Positions 25,415 through 38,851 of a stretch of DNA of 64,000 nt are shown here, in pieces (within the stretch, counting starts at the first letter, position 1; the number at the start of each line of letters is the position of its first letter). The position numbers and the translations under genes are program-made. Source of the stretch: Geosiphon pyriformis uo1 (Eukaryota; Fungi; Glomeromycota); assembly GCA_016748015.1 (NCBI GenBank), contig JAAOMT010000727.1, forward strand, positions 365,306 through 429,305, written 5' to 3'. The notes under the pieces are model-generated. The model worked only from the letters and a program-made list of their open reading frames with translations, was not told the origin of the DNA and did no database searches.

Positions 25415-27366
25415 TGAGATGGAAGAAAAGCCAACGAACCCGATCCAGAATGCAGATGATCTAATCTATCCAAAACTGAGCGAACTGAAGCCTCAAGAGC
25501 CACTATATTCAACTCCAAACTGCCAATCTTGGCAGTCAAAACCTTAGAACTGCTTAGACTGAGATCAACAATCGACTCACCAACATTGGGAGGAGAAGAG
25601 ACAGACGATAACAATGTACTATCTAAAGCCAAACCTGAGTCCATATCTGAAACAACAGCAGTTGAAGACACCAAAGGAAGAGCTGAGAGAGAGGGCGCCA
25701 ATGACACCAAGTCAACGAAACTTAATTTCTTTAAAATAAACGAGACTTGGTCCGAGAGAATTTCCATGAAGTGTTTCAGCACAGCTAGGCGACTACCTAG
25801 ATCAGCAGCACCAGATGAGAAGAGATCCATTGAGAAAGCCTTCGAACCAGAGATCAAACCAACACCAGGAGCACCTGAAGAGATAACATGAGAGGAAGAG
25901 CTGCCTGCCACTTGGGCCCATGTCTTTCCACCAAAAGAAACTGGGTGGACAATTGATGCCTGCTTCTTTCTATAAATATTGGCCAACCATACTCTATCCT
26001 GAGAAGTCGCCGCACGTTTCCCATGACCACCAAACCCCCCACCCACAGAGCAATCAACAGCAGTATGACCAAACAATTTGCAATGAGTGCAACTGGCCAA
26101 AGAAAGACCAGCCCAGCGCAAGCCCACACCTTTAAAAACCGAAACCGAACCAATAGCAGCCAACTTGGATGTCTCACTTTCAAAACAAATTACAGCACAC
26201 CGATCACGAACATATGAAGATGGATTACGGCCAATAAAACAAGTCTTTCTACCATAGACTTCCACCAAAGCAGACAAATCATGGGCAGTGGTGCCAACTG
26301 GAAGAGTGTAAAGCAACGCCCGATGCTGATCCCTAGATATCCACGTTTGTTTATCAACACTTGCCTTTGCCACGTGAACAGAATCTTTTCCCATGAGCAC
26401 AGACCATTTAGCCGCAACCAAATTAGCTATCTCAGATGATTCATATTCCACTAGGGTCTTTTGCCAAAGACCAATAAGCTGCACTTTGATTGAAGTAATC
26501 TTGTCAAACTTGGAGAACACTGCCTCAATTGCCAATTTGGGAAGATCCACTGGAATTTTCTTGACAATCACTTCCCAATCTGAACGGCTGTTTACTTTCT
26601 TTAGATTATCATTTACCAAAATTTTTTTACTGATTGCCATAACTCTTGCCTTAATCAAACTTTGTTCAGATGTAAATAATGACCTAATTATTCCAGGAAA
26701 TTTTGAGGGAGTCGAAGTCCCCCCAAAACCATCAACTTGATAAAAAATTTTTTTCACACAAATCAACTTATCACTAACAGTTTTCCCAGGAACAGCAGAA
26801 AGTTCAATATCCAATGCAAACGATTTTGACAAATTAAAACTCCGTTTCTCTAGTGCACGTGACCCAACTGGAGGAAGGCAATTGGACCCACAAAATTTAG
26901 AACTCGGAAGAGGCAAAGTGTCTTCACCATCACTTAGAACGTTGAAAGAAAGAGGTGGCGGCTTACTGTTCAGAACATAGGTGCAGGTACGTGTCTTCCT
27001 TGGCATGGCATCATTCATGTCGTCGTCCAAACCTGAAACATTCGACTCTGCATAGCTAGTTTCCTTAGTGACAACGTTTTCCAAGTTATCTAAGTCCGAG
27101 ACGCCACTTACACTGTCCACTTTGCTGTTGATCTCACTAGCCCACGATCATCCAACGTCAGGTCTGTCACCACTTTTATCCATAACATTTGAGACACCAG
27201 CAGACGACTCCACCAAACTGTCAACCACCACAGATTTCTTCGGCTTCTTATAGGACACACCATGAGATTAAGGACCAACCGAACACTTATTTTTGACACC
27301 AGACTGGGTCCCCAACCCAGCCGAAATGGACCCAGAATCACCAGCAGCAAAGTCCACCAGTTCCAT
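25411..27366 (-). pseudogene. LINE ORF1 (RRM-like region and CCHC zinc knuckle)
   Basis: ATG at 27366 is in frame with ORF 25411-27120 (two intervening stops). VIVKKIPVDLPKLAIEAVFSKFDKITSIKV is RRM-like; CTHCKLFGHTAVDC is CX2CX4HX4C. Confidence 0.9.
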
Positions 27367-27784
27367 AGCTACAAAAAGGGAAATGTCTGAAGAAATAACT
27401 GGAAAAAGTTGAAGGGGAAAGAGAAAAGGAAGGCTATTTCAACAATGACTTAAAGCTCTCGTTGTAACTGGGGGATCAACGAAAGAAAGAGTTTTTTTGT
27501 TTCTTATAACAATATTTTCAACTTAATATTATTAAATTAACTTATTAATTAAAATTATATATTTATTTATCAGTTAATTTTAATTTAAATATTTGAGTAC
27601 TGTATTATTTAAATTAAAATATTATTTGATTTATAGAAAAAAAAAATAATATGAAAAGCCACAATAATTAATAGTTTCCTAAATATACTGTAATAAACCA
27701 AAAAAGATAATAAACTAACATTTTTATAATATTCAAAATTGTACCAACTTATATTATACAATTTTATTTTAATTAAGCATTTAA

Positions 27785-28816
27785 TTTTTTTAATAAGTTT
27801 TACTTAAAACTATGATAAACACCTAAATTAACTAATAGTCTCTTAAAATATGTTATAGAAAGTTTAAAATAATATTTTATTAATATTTATAAGACTACAG
27901 TAAATACTAAACTAATTAATAGTCTTTTAAATATATTATAATAGACCAAAAAATATAATAAATTAATATAAATTTATATAGTTAATTAAATATAACTTTT
28001 TTAATAAATTTTACTTAAAACTATAGCAAATACTTAAATTAATTAATAGTTTTTAAAAGTGCTATAAGAGATGTAAAATAACATTTTATTAATACTTATA
28101 AGGCTAAATAAATATTGGGCTAATTAATAGTCTTTTAAATATACTATAATAGATCAAAAAAATAAATAACAAACATTCTTATAATGTTTTTTCAAAATTG
28201 TATTAATTTTTTAATAAGTTTTATTTAAGATTATAATAAACATTTAAGTTAATTAATAGTCTTTAAAAGTATTATAAGAGATTTAAAGTAATATTTAATC
28301 AATGTTTATAAGACTATTGTAAATATTGAGTTAATTAATAGTTTTTTAGATGTATTATAACAGGCCAAAAATAATAATAAACAAACTTTTTCTTTAAAAT
28401 TGTACCAACTTATATTGTGTACAATTTTATCTTAAAAAAATATTAATTATTTTTATAAAAGATAAAATAAACAATTTATTTTTAAATTAATTTGTTTTTT
28501 TGTGTATTTTATTGTTAAAATACATATTATTAATTGTTGTTTTTAGTTTTTTTTACATGTAATTTAAAATTTTGGCCTTATTATCAGAAAATTGACTATT
28601 TTTTATGTATTATTTTCTAAAAAAGTTTAATATTATAGATTATATTTAAGTAAGTATGTTCTATAAAAATGTAGTAAAAATAAAACAAAGTGTGTTTATA
28701 TATATTTATAAGTATTTATAAAAAAAGATTTTTAACTTAATATTACTAAGTTAATTTATTAATTAAAATTATGTGTTTATTTATTAACTAATTTTAGTTT
28801 AAATATTTAAATACTG
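27785..28816. repeat. Three ~210-bp degenerate tandem units followed by an empty-site copy of the LINE target repeat
   Basis: Units begin TTTTTTAATAA(G/A)TTTTA(C/T)TTAA near 27785, 27996 and 28207. 28396-28816 matches the joined LINE flanks. Confidence 0.65.
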
Positions 28817-30949
28817 ATAAAATTAATAGTCAATTAGTTTATAATAATAATATTATACTGTCTTATTATAAATTATTTCGAATTTTATTTATTGGTTTAA
28901 TGCTTTTATTGTCTTATAAAACAATATTTTTTGAATTATTATATTAAAAAACAATATATTTTCAAAATAAAAATTTTAAAATTAAATAAAATAAGATAAT
29001 TAAAGAATAAATGCTGTTTTTAGTGATTTTTATTTAAATAATTAATTAATTCAAACTAAATTATGTTAATTTTATAATAAAAAATTTATTTAAAAAACAT
29101 TTTATGTATAAATACAACCAAAATATTATTGTTATAATTATATTACTTATTTATTTAACTGTTTTATTTGTATTAAACTTAATACAATAAAATTAATATT
29201 CTTAAAAAACTAATAATTAATTATATATATTAATATTTAAAATAATATTAAATAAATTTATATTATTATTTTCAAGTTTGTTTTTAATTTTAAACTTAGT
29301 ATTATTATAATTTATTTTACTTAAAGTTCTATTAAAAACAAATATGTTATTTTAAATAGTTTTAATTATATTTTTTAATTATATTTTTTAATTTATAATA
29401 TAAAACAAAAAAAGTATTAAGCAATTTGGTTAATAAATAACCAAAATATTAATAAATTTATAATAAATTTTATTAATAAAACCAATATAATTAAACAAAA
29501 ACCAATTACAAAATTAATAACAACAGAAAAACCAATTAAAAAACAATAATAAAAGAAATTAATAAAACAAAAACTAATATAAAATTTAGTATTAACAAAT
29601 AAAATCCAGAATTTTTGAAAAAAATTACAAATTTAAATAAAAATTTATTAAAAAAAGATTAAAATATCTTATAATTTACAGTCAAATAAGTTATATTTTA
29701 ATATTTCAAAGTTTTTTACCAAATATAATATTTTTTTAATATATTAATTTAGTAGTAATAATATTCAAATTTATTTTAAAACTAAAAATATAATATTATA
29801 TTATAATTGTTAAATAAATTTAAAATTTTTGGTATTCTTAAAATTTTTATTGGTATTCTTAAAATTTTTAAAATTACATGTTTTAATAATCTTTTATTTT
29901 ATTATTGGCTATTTTTAAATTATTATTATTTTTCTGTTTTTTATATAAATAATATTATAAAAATCAGAAAATTTTAATTATAGCCTACTTAATAAAAAAA
30001 ATAAAAAATGTGTTTTAAAAAGTTCTTTTAAATTTAAACTTAAAATTATTACCAATTATTGAAAATTAATCGCTAATCAATTTTATTTATTATTAATTTA
30101 GAATAAGTAATTTTAAAGTAGTAATATTTAAAAATTTTTGGGTTTTTTAAGATAATTTTTTTTATTAAATTGATTTATAATAGCTAATTATTAATTTAAA
30201 TTAAGATATTTTAAGATAAAATACATTTTTTTAAAGAAAAAAACTTTTTTTTTATACAATTTATTATAGTATTATTATTTGATTTAGCATTTTTTTTCTA
30301 ATATTTTAGTAAACTAAAGATATATTTTATTAAACTACAATTTATTTTTGTAAATTATTGATTATTTTAATAAATTGTTGAATATTTCAGTAAATTTTTA
30401 AATATTACATAGTTTAATATATTACATAATTTAATTATTGTAATTTATATTTGTGTTTTTGTATAAATCAAATTATTAATTGAATAATAATTTGAATAAT
30501 TTAATAAGATAATAAATAATAAATTAAAATAGTAATATATATATAGTAATAATAGAAAATATAAAAATAATTTTATGCTAATTGATATTTTAAATTTTTA
30601 TTGATAATATTATTTATTGGTTTAAAAATTTTTTTTATAAATTAAAATAAAAAAATACTAAAATAAATAAGCAGTTATATTAATTAAATTAATAATAATA
30701 ATATTATTAAGAATATTAAAGTAATTTTTAATTTTAGATTAAATAACTAAAATATTTTTATTACAAATAAAGTTAACAATTTGTTTTTTTTTTAATTTAA
30801 TATTAATTATAAAAATTAAACAATTTAATACTTTTTGTTTATTAAATATATTAATTATTAAAATATATCTTAAAACATAAAATATTTTTAAAAATATTTA
30901 TATAAAAACTTAAATAATTGTTCATAAAAATTATGAATTTAAAAAAAAT

Positions 30950-31554
30950 AAAAAAAAATTTGTAAAAACTATAAAAAAACTTTTATTTATAAATATTTGT
31001 TGTAATAATAACAAAAAATACTCAATAGTAACTATATATTATTATTACTTATATATTTTAGAACAATTTAGTTATATAAAATGACAAAAAAAATGAAACA
31101 ATAAATTGTGTTTAATCTGTAAAGAAATTTTTTCTAATAAAAAAATATAGAATAATATTTCAAGAAAAAGAAGAATATATAATAAATTATATTAATATAT
31201 AATCTTAATCTATAATTGAATAAAGAAAAAACACTAATACAAACTGCTTATAATCAAAATTTTACTTGTTTAAACAATTGTTTATATAACAAAAATAAAA
31301 TTTGAAGAATGACAATTGTTAAATATAATAATATTATAAAAAAAAATATACATAATTAAAAATATACTTAAAAAAATTATTTTAAGACTCATTTTTTATA
31401 ATACTCAATAATTTAGTAAAATTAACAAGTATTATTAGTTGCTAATATTTATTCAAAAAAAACAAAAACAAAAACATGCTAATTTTAATACTCAATTATA
31501 TAAATATTGTTTTATTTCATGTTAATTTAAATATTATAATAAATATAATACTGT
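30950..31554 (+). mobile_element. Relic Gypsy D (C-like family), left part: Cys-rich domain
   Basis: AT-decayed match to element C 40250-40820; continues in frame after 49585. Confidence 0.75.
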
Positions 31555-32213
31555 TGTTACCAGTAGAATTTTAGCTATTAATTAGCATGAAATTATTCTT
31601 ATAATTCCTATCAGTAATTAACATGTTAATATCAATCCAAATTATCACTTATTATTTAATCAATTTATCACATATCACGATTCAATTAATAATCCAATTA
31701 GTACAACAGAAAGTAAGATGATCAAATTACACAATACCCTGAACTTTGTAACATTCTAAAAATTCGCCGAAATTTACAGAAATTTGCCGAAATTTATATG
31801 AAATTCACCGAAATTTATAGAAATTTGCTAAAATTATGAATAGTTCATCCAAATTAATCAATAGTTTAGCGAAATAACTTGTAGTTCATCAAAATATATT
31901 TTTAGTTCGCCGAAATTTGAGCAAAGAGAAAAAGTGCAAGTTCATAGACTAGTACTACAACAAGTTGTATAAAAGAAGAGCTTTTCTCTTCAAGAAAATA
32001 TATCTTACTTTAGATTTATCACTTAGAACCATTCTTATACACACAAAAAGAAATAAATATCAAATAATTTGAAAAACCAAATTCTTTAATTATTGCACTT
32101 GGAAAATCCCCAAAACCCAACTAACGTTTTGAAATTGATTAGCTACCAATTTCAGTAAACTGTTAGTGACTCCAGGCCTGGATAGAAAACGTTTCCCTTG
32201 ACAAAATTCTATT
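31555..32213 (+). repeat. Family B LTR copy in inverted orientation (U3 end at the left flank), running into an assembly gap
   Basis: Reverse complement of 48923-49581 and of 32303-32918. Begins TGTTACCAG directly after CTGT. Confidence 0.92.
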
Positions 32214-32302
32214 NNNNNNNNNNNNNNNNNNNNNNNNNNNNNNNNNNNNNNNNNNNNNNNNNNNNNNNNNNNNNNNNNNNNNNNNNNNNNNNNNNNNNNN
32301 NN
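32214..32302. other. Assembly gap (89 N) between two converging LTR copies
   Basis: Run of N. Confidence 1.
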
Positions 32303-32918
32303 GTCATTAACAGTTTACTGAAATTGGTAGCTAATCAATTTCAAAATGTTAGTTGGGTTTTGGGGATTTTCCAAGTGCAATAATTAAAGAATTTGGTTTT
32401 TCAAATTATTTGATATTTATTTCTTTTTGTGTGTATAAGAATGGTTCTAAGTGATAAATCTAAAGTAAGATATATTTTCTTGAAGAAAAAAGCTCTTCTT
32501 TTATACAACTTGTTGTAGTACTAGTCTATGAACTTGCACTTTTTTTCTTTGCTCAAATTTTGGCAAACTAAAGATACATTTTGATGAACTACAAGTTATT
32601 TCGCTGAACTATTGATTAATTTGGATGAACTATTCATAATTTTAGCAAATTTCTATAAATTTCGGCGAATTTCATATAAATTTCGGCGAATTTCTGTAAA
32701 TTTCGGCGAATTTTTAGAATGTTACAAAGTTCAGGGTATTGTGTAATTTGATCATCTTACTTTCTGTTGTACTAATTGGATTATTAATTGAATCGTGATA
32801 TGTGATAAATTGATTAAATAATAAGTGATAATTTGGATTAATATTAACATGTTAATTACTGATAGGAATTATAAGGATAATTTCATGCTAATTAATAGCT
32901 AAAATTCTACTGGTAACA
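32303..32918 (-). repeat. 3' LTR of B (U5 end lost in the gap)
   Basis: Starts TGTTACCAG right after the PPT. Contains four ~20-bp AAATTCGCCGAAATTTATAG-type repeats and TATAAAAG. Confidence 0.92.
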
Positions 32919-32945
32919 TAACCTCCTCCTTAAGACTGAGCTCTG

Positions 32946-33605
32946 TCAAAGTCCAAGCACTACTGTAATGTCAAGATAGTGGTCCAAGATGATTGAAGTA
33001 ATTTGCTCTGAAAATTGTTGAAATTTCAGTTCTGTGAGCTTTCCAATGTATTGTATTTTCAATGGTTGAAGTATTGGGCTTTGTAGGACGTTTTCACAAG
33101 TATTAAACAAGTCATAGAGTCTAAGAGCTGCTTTAAGTTTGTAGCGAGTGTTTGTTAATCCAGCTGCTGTCTTGAATTCATTGTGAATTTGTTTTTGTAT
33201 GGCTTCTGGGGTGGTATTTGTTGCTTCAAGTTCTAGTTTTCGTTTATAAAGTATTTTTCCAATGCAGAAATATTTAAATATAAGGGTATGTTCATTGTTC
33301 TATTCATTAAGTAATAGTAGAAGTTTTTGTTGTATTGTGGCATTTGGTGGAATGTCAATAGAGGCAGATAAAAAGTTTTCTTTTAGTGCCTGTTTCAAAA
33401 GTTCTGGTAACCTATTTTCAGAGTGATTTCTTGTTTTTCTTCTATAGGGGTGATAGTTCTGTGAATGATTTGCTACTGGGGCTGTGGTTTCTTTCTGAAT
33501 GTAATTAATTTGACTTCCATTAATCATTATGAATAAGTCAGGAAGTGTTTTCAAGGCTAATATTAACTTTTGGGATATTTGTTGAATATTTTGAGAAATA
33601 ATCAT
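32946..33605 (-). pseudogene. B additional 3' ORF (about 220 aa)
   Basis: MIISQNIQQISQKL... then one internal stop, then ...KAALRLYDLF...IGKLTELKFQQF. Lies between integrase and the PPT. Confidence 0.75.
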
Positions 33606-34060
33606 GATAAAATTGACTAATTATGAAAAAGAAAAATAAAGAAAATTATTTTTGAATATGGGGTTTTTATTTGTTTTTGGGTTTGGGTGTTTTGTAATTA
33701 TTTATTATTTTTGTCTTTGTGTTTTTATTAGAAAATTATTGTAAAATTTAAGTATTCAAGTTTGGTTGTTGTTCTATTATAATTATTGGTTCTAAATTTC
33801 GGGAAATATCTTCAGGATTAATTAAAGGGGAATGTGTACCAATTTGTGGAATTAATGGTTCAGGATTGTTTCTGGAATGATAGTGTTTCAATCTGTCTCC
33901 ATGTGCAACTTTTGCTAGTATTTTGTCATCAAGTCTTAACTTGTATAATCNNNNNNNNNNNNNNNNNNNNATGGGGTTTTTATTTGTTTTTGGGTTTGGG
34001 TGTTTTGTAATTATTTATTATTTTTGTCTTTGTGTTTTTATTAGAAAATTATTGTAAAAT

Positions 34061-35446
34061 TTAAGTATTCAAGTTTGGTTGTTGTTCTATTATAATTATT
34101 GGTTCTAAATTTCGGGAAATATCTTCAGGATTAATTAAAGGGGAATGTGTACCAATTTGTGGAATTAATGGTTCAGGATTGTTTCTGGAATGATAGTGTT
34201 TCAATCTGTCTCCATGTGCAACTTTTGCTAGTATTTTGTCATCAAGTCTTAACTTGTATAATCTATTGCCTAGAATTTCGTAAATATAAAATGGTCTATC
34301 CCATTTGTTTTCAAATTTCTCACTCCATTGTTTTTCAGCCTTAGTTTTATGTAAGAAAACTTTATTTTCAACTTTAAATTCATTGGTAATGGATGGTAAT
34401 TTGTTGTCATGTTTTTCTTTTTGTTAAGTTTGAGAATGTTCAATATGAGTTGTTGCTATTCTTTTTTTTTCTTCCAGTGTACTAAAAAGAGTGTAGGCTC
34501 TTCTTTGGAGTGTTTCTTGAAAGTTTTCTTCATTGATTGGTTGCACTGGGTATGTTTTCACTGTGAAATTAATTGGTAATGTTGCTGTTTTTCTATAAAT
34601 AAGATCAAATAGTATGTGTTTTGTAGTATCTTGTTTTAGTGTTCTGTATGCTAGTAACACTAATGGAATAAAGATATCCCATTTCTGTTCAAAGTCTGTT
34701 GAGATTTTGGCTAGAGATTTACACAATGTTCTGTTGAAACATTCTACAAGTTTATTTGTTTGAGGGTAATAAAGTGATGATAAAGATCTTTTGACATTGA
34801 ATCGTTCACAAATTTCTTGTATCAAGTTGTTCACAAAATGTGTTTCTTGATCAGATAAGAGTTCAATTGGGCATTCATGTCTACAAATAATGTCTTCATA
34901 GATGAAATTTGCTACTGATTTTGCATCTGCTCTTTGGATGGCTCTAGTTTCAAGCCATTTGGTGAGATAATCTATTGCAACTGCAATATAACAATTTCCT
35001 TGAGTTGTGATAGGTAATGGTTCGACTAAATCAATTCTAACTCTGTCAAAAGGTTGTCCAACTTTGATTGGATTTAAAGATTCTGTGGGGCGAGTTCCTT
35101 CTCTTCTTTGACAACTATCACAAGATTCTACATATTGTTGAATGTCTTTTTGCATGTGAGGCCAAAAATAATGTTCAAGAGTTCTTTGGATTGTTTCATC
35201 TCTTTCCAAGTATGCTAAAGAAGGATCTATGTGCATGTTGTATAGAATTGTTTTTTTTTTATTTTCCTGTACTAATCTGAGTGGTTGGTTTGAGTTTTTA
35301 CAATTTTTGTAATAGATTTTGTTGTGGTGTATAAAATATTGTTTAGATTGGTGTTGTAATCAATGTTTTTCACTTGGAGACCAATTTTCTGGCATGGTGA
35401 GAGTTTCTAAATAGTTTTTGATGTTGTTGTAGTTTTCTGGATTCAT
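34061..35446 (-). pseudogene. B integrase in a separate ORF
   Basis: Starts MNPENY at 35446. Has CDSCQ, IDLVEPL, DYLTKW, LLSDQ and YYPQTNKLVECFN, and ends EPIIIIE. Confidence 0.9.
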
Positions 35447-35513
35447 TGTGGTTAATTTTGTTGTTTGTTCTGCTGTTAAGTTTGTTGGTGTTTTGTTGGT
35501 GTTGATGTTGGTA

Positions 35514-38500
35514 TTAATATTGTCTCATTCTTGAAAGGCTATTAACATTGGTGTGTAGTTTTTCTGGTTTGTGATGTACAATGTATCTGTAGTCTGCTAG
35601 AAAGTTATTCCATTGAGACTGTTTGGCACTTTGTTCAGTTTTTTTTTTATTAAGCCATTTGAGGCCAATATTGTCAGTTATTATGTCAAATTCTTTTCCA
35701 TTTTTTAGGTATTGTTGAAAGTGTTTGAGAGCCCAGATGACTGCAGTGGCTTCCAATTCAGTTGAGCCATATTTAAGTTCTGTTGGCTTGAGTGTTCTGC
35801 TGGCATAGGTGATAACTTGTTCCTGGCCATTTTCATCCAATTGTAATAAGATGGCACCAAATGCTATGTGTGAAGCATCAGTGGCTAATTGGAATTGTTT
35901 GTTGAAGTCTGGGTAAACAAGAACTGGGGCTGTTGTCAATTTTGTTTTGAGAGTTTCAAAAGCTTTTTGTTGTTTTTCAGTCCATTTGTATGACATATTT
36001 TTGTTGATAAGATAATTGAGTGGTTTGGCAATTTCTGAGAATTTTTTTATGAATTTTTGATAGTAAGAGGCTAATCCTACAAATCCTCATAGTTCTGTGG
36101 TATTTCTGGAAATTTGAAAGTTTTTGACAGCACTGATTGTTCCTGGGTTTGGTTTGATTCCATTTTTACTAACTATGTGTCCAAGAAAGATCAAGCTTGT
36201 TTTTTCAAAGTGACATTTTTCAATGTTTAACTTCAATCCTGCTTTCCATAATCATTGAAAAACTTCTCACAGGTGGATAAGATAAGTCTCAAAGCTTAGT
36301 GAATATACATCAGTGTCATTAAGATAGACAACTACTAATTGCCACAAGAGTTCTTCATATACAACATCCATGAGTCGCTGGAATGTTGCTGGTGCATTGC
36401 AGAGTTCAAAAGGCATAATATTGAACTCGTAGTTTTCTTCCTGGATAGTAAATGCTGTTTTGGGTTAGTCTTTTGGGTCTATTTCGACTTGCCAGTATCC
36501 ACTTTCTAAGTCTAAAGTTGAGAAGAACTTGGCTTTTCCTAGAGCATTTAGCATGTCATCAATTCTTAGAAGAGGGTAGACATCTCCAATTGTAATACTA
36601 TTTAGTTGTCTATAATCAATACAGAATCTGATTTTTCCGTTTTTTTTTTAACTAAAACTACTAGTGAGGCCCAAGGACTTCTTGATGGTTGAATCAATCC
36701 GTTATTGAGCATTCTTTGGACTTCTTTTCTAATGAATTGGTGGCTGGCAGATGGCACTCAATAAACTTGTTGATGTTTTGGTAGAGCATCTCTTGTATAG
36801 ATCTGATGTTGAACAATATCCGTTTTTCCCAAGTTATTGTTGTCTTTTGCAAATATATCTGCAAATTCAGCTATCAATTGTTTCAATTGTCTTTGTTGTT
36901 AAGGTTTTAAAGGATCCATGTTGATTCAAGAGAGTTTTTCTTTCAAAAGATGGTAGTTTTCAGTGGTGGGAATGAAATTTGGATTTGGGAGTAGAGTGTG
37001 TCTTACAATTTCAATAAAATTAGAGACAATTTAAGAGTTTTCATCTTGAAAAATATTGCTGTGTATAATTCCAATCTTTAATTTGTTTAATAAGACAATA
37101 AGGTAATTATTGGGGTTGTAGAATGTAACTTGAAATTTTTTCATTCCTTTGGGAATATAAACGTTTGGAATTAAGATTTCATGCTTCAAACAGATTTGTT
37201 CATTGGATTCAAGTTTTGAGCAAGTGTAAATTTTGTGATGTTCTCCAAAAGATGAAATGGTAATTGGTTGGAAAAGTTGAAGAATCTGGTAAGATTCATT
37301 CTGTATATTAAGAGCTATGTTTATTGGAACTGTAAATCGTCCAGTTGAACCAAAACCTTGTATTTCCCTTTCACTTTTTCCCAATTGTTCTCTGTTGTTA
37401 ACTGATTGTAGACCCGAAATATTGATTAAGAGTAGGTAAATTGCTTGAGCGATTTTTTCAGCATGTTTAATCTTGAATAATTTGTCTGTTTCATTCTGCA
37501 ACATGATAGTAATGTCTCTAGTGTATCCTGCATCTATAACTCCTCTTCTAATATTGATTCCTTTGCTTGCCAATAATTATCTGGAAGCAATTTGAACCAT
37601 TGCTCCTAGTGGTATTTCAAGAGCAATTTTGAAATTGATTTTTGTCAAAGACTTTGATTGGAAAACCAAAGTATCTTTTCCTCGATATTTTAGATCATAT
37701 CTAGCATCAATTTCGTGTGCTTTTTCTGGTCTGATTCCTTGGCCATGATTGTCAAAATATTTAAGTTATAGAGGTGGTTGCTTTTTAAGAAAATAGATGG
37801 AGGTAGTTGGTAGTTCTTTTACTAGTTCAGATACTCCAAATTCGATTTTATTTTCATTATTCTCATCTGGCAGAGGAATGCTAAGAGCATAACATTCTAA
37901 ACACCATTGGTCATTACAAGGCATAACACATTCTTCACACAATTGAATGTTCATTTGCTCTAATTGTTGAATTTGAGCATCTTTGGTCAGATATGTGTGG
38001 CTTGCAATTTGGTGGTAGGTTTCTACTTCATCTTTATAATCAAATCCAGCTAATTTTATAGTATACTCAATATATTTAGCTTCTTTCATTTGGTAGACAT
38101 CTTCTTGGGTGGCTCTATTGATTAATGCCATTGCTAGATCAAAAATTATTTTAGCATTATGAGGGTAGTGGTAAAGTTTATTGAGAGCACTGTTGTATGT
38201 TGCATCAAATAGTGTTCCTCTTCTGACTTTTTCCGAAATTGATAGAGCATATTGACAGATCTGATCACATACTTCTTCTCTTATTGTTACATCAATCCAA
38301 TTGCATTCTTCTGGTAGCATATCTCCACATGTGAAACAAGATGTGTTGTCCCATTTTCCACTTTTTTTTGGAGATCCAAATCGTTTTTTATGGCATGCTT
38401 TACAGAAGTAACAAGTGCAAGTTTCATATTTTTCTTCTAGGGAAATACAGATTCTCATAGATGAAAGCTTCTTTTTGCAATCTTTGCATTTTAATGGAAT

Positions 38501-38851
38501 ATATGGTGGTTCTTTTCATGGTTCTGGTGTGGAATATCTAACTTTCTTCTATCTTCTTGATTCTTCAAAAATCTCTTGTTTTGTTTCCTCAGCCCAATTA
38601 GATGGTGATCTAAGAGTCATGTAGGTTTCAGTAAGTGGCATTTCCTTTTTTTCTTCAAATTCAAATACTAGAGCTTTTTCTGATTATTTATTAAAGATAC
38701 CACAGGTTGCAGGTACTATAGTATATTGTCTTTGGTATGAGATTTTAAGTTCTTAAGTTTCCCAGTTCAGGTTTGCATTGGTCTTGAGAAGCCAATCATT
38801 TCTGACTAGAGCTTGGTATTAGGGTGCATCCATAACAAGAATCTTAACTGG
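35514..38851 (-). pseudogene. B pol: protease C-terminal half, Cys-rich domain, dUTPase (about 37340-37765), RT, RNase H
   Basis: GVIDAGYTRDI, KIAQ and GFGSTG (dUTPase motifs); FCIDY and YLND (RT); TDAS and ELEATAV (RNase H). Many stops. Confidence 0.92.

Larger units (their letters stand above)
20596..27515 (-). mobile_element. Full-length non-LTR retrotransposon (LINE; ORF1 plus APE-RT-RNase H-Cys/His ORF2) with 9-bp TSD
   Basis: TTTCAACTT at 20587-20595 and 27516-27524, short A tail at the 3' end, and two colinear ORFs. Confidence 0.95.

Noticed and set aside
20817-27253. Numerous plus-strand and alternate-frame ORFs over the LINE
   Set aside because: Shadow ORFs caused by the G/T-rich coding strand; no motifs.
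31759-31838. Regularly spaced repeats that look CRISPR-like
   Set aside because: No unique spacers or cas genes; they are LTR-internal tandem repeats in a eukaryotic context.
32198-32383. ORF spanning the N gap
   Set aside because: Artefact of translating Ns.
33658-34263. Exact ~293-bp direct duplication around a 20-N gap
   Set aside because: Identical copies flanking a placeholder gap indicate an unmerged contig overlap, not biology.
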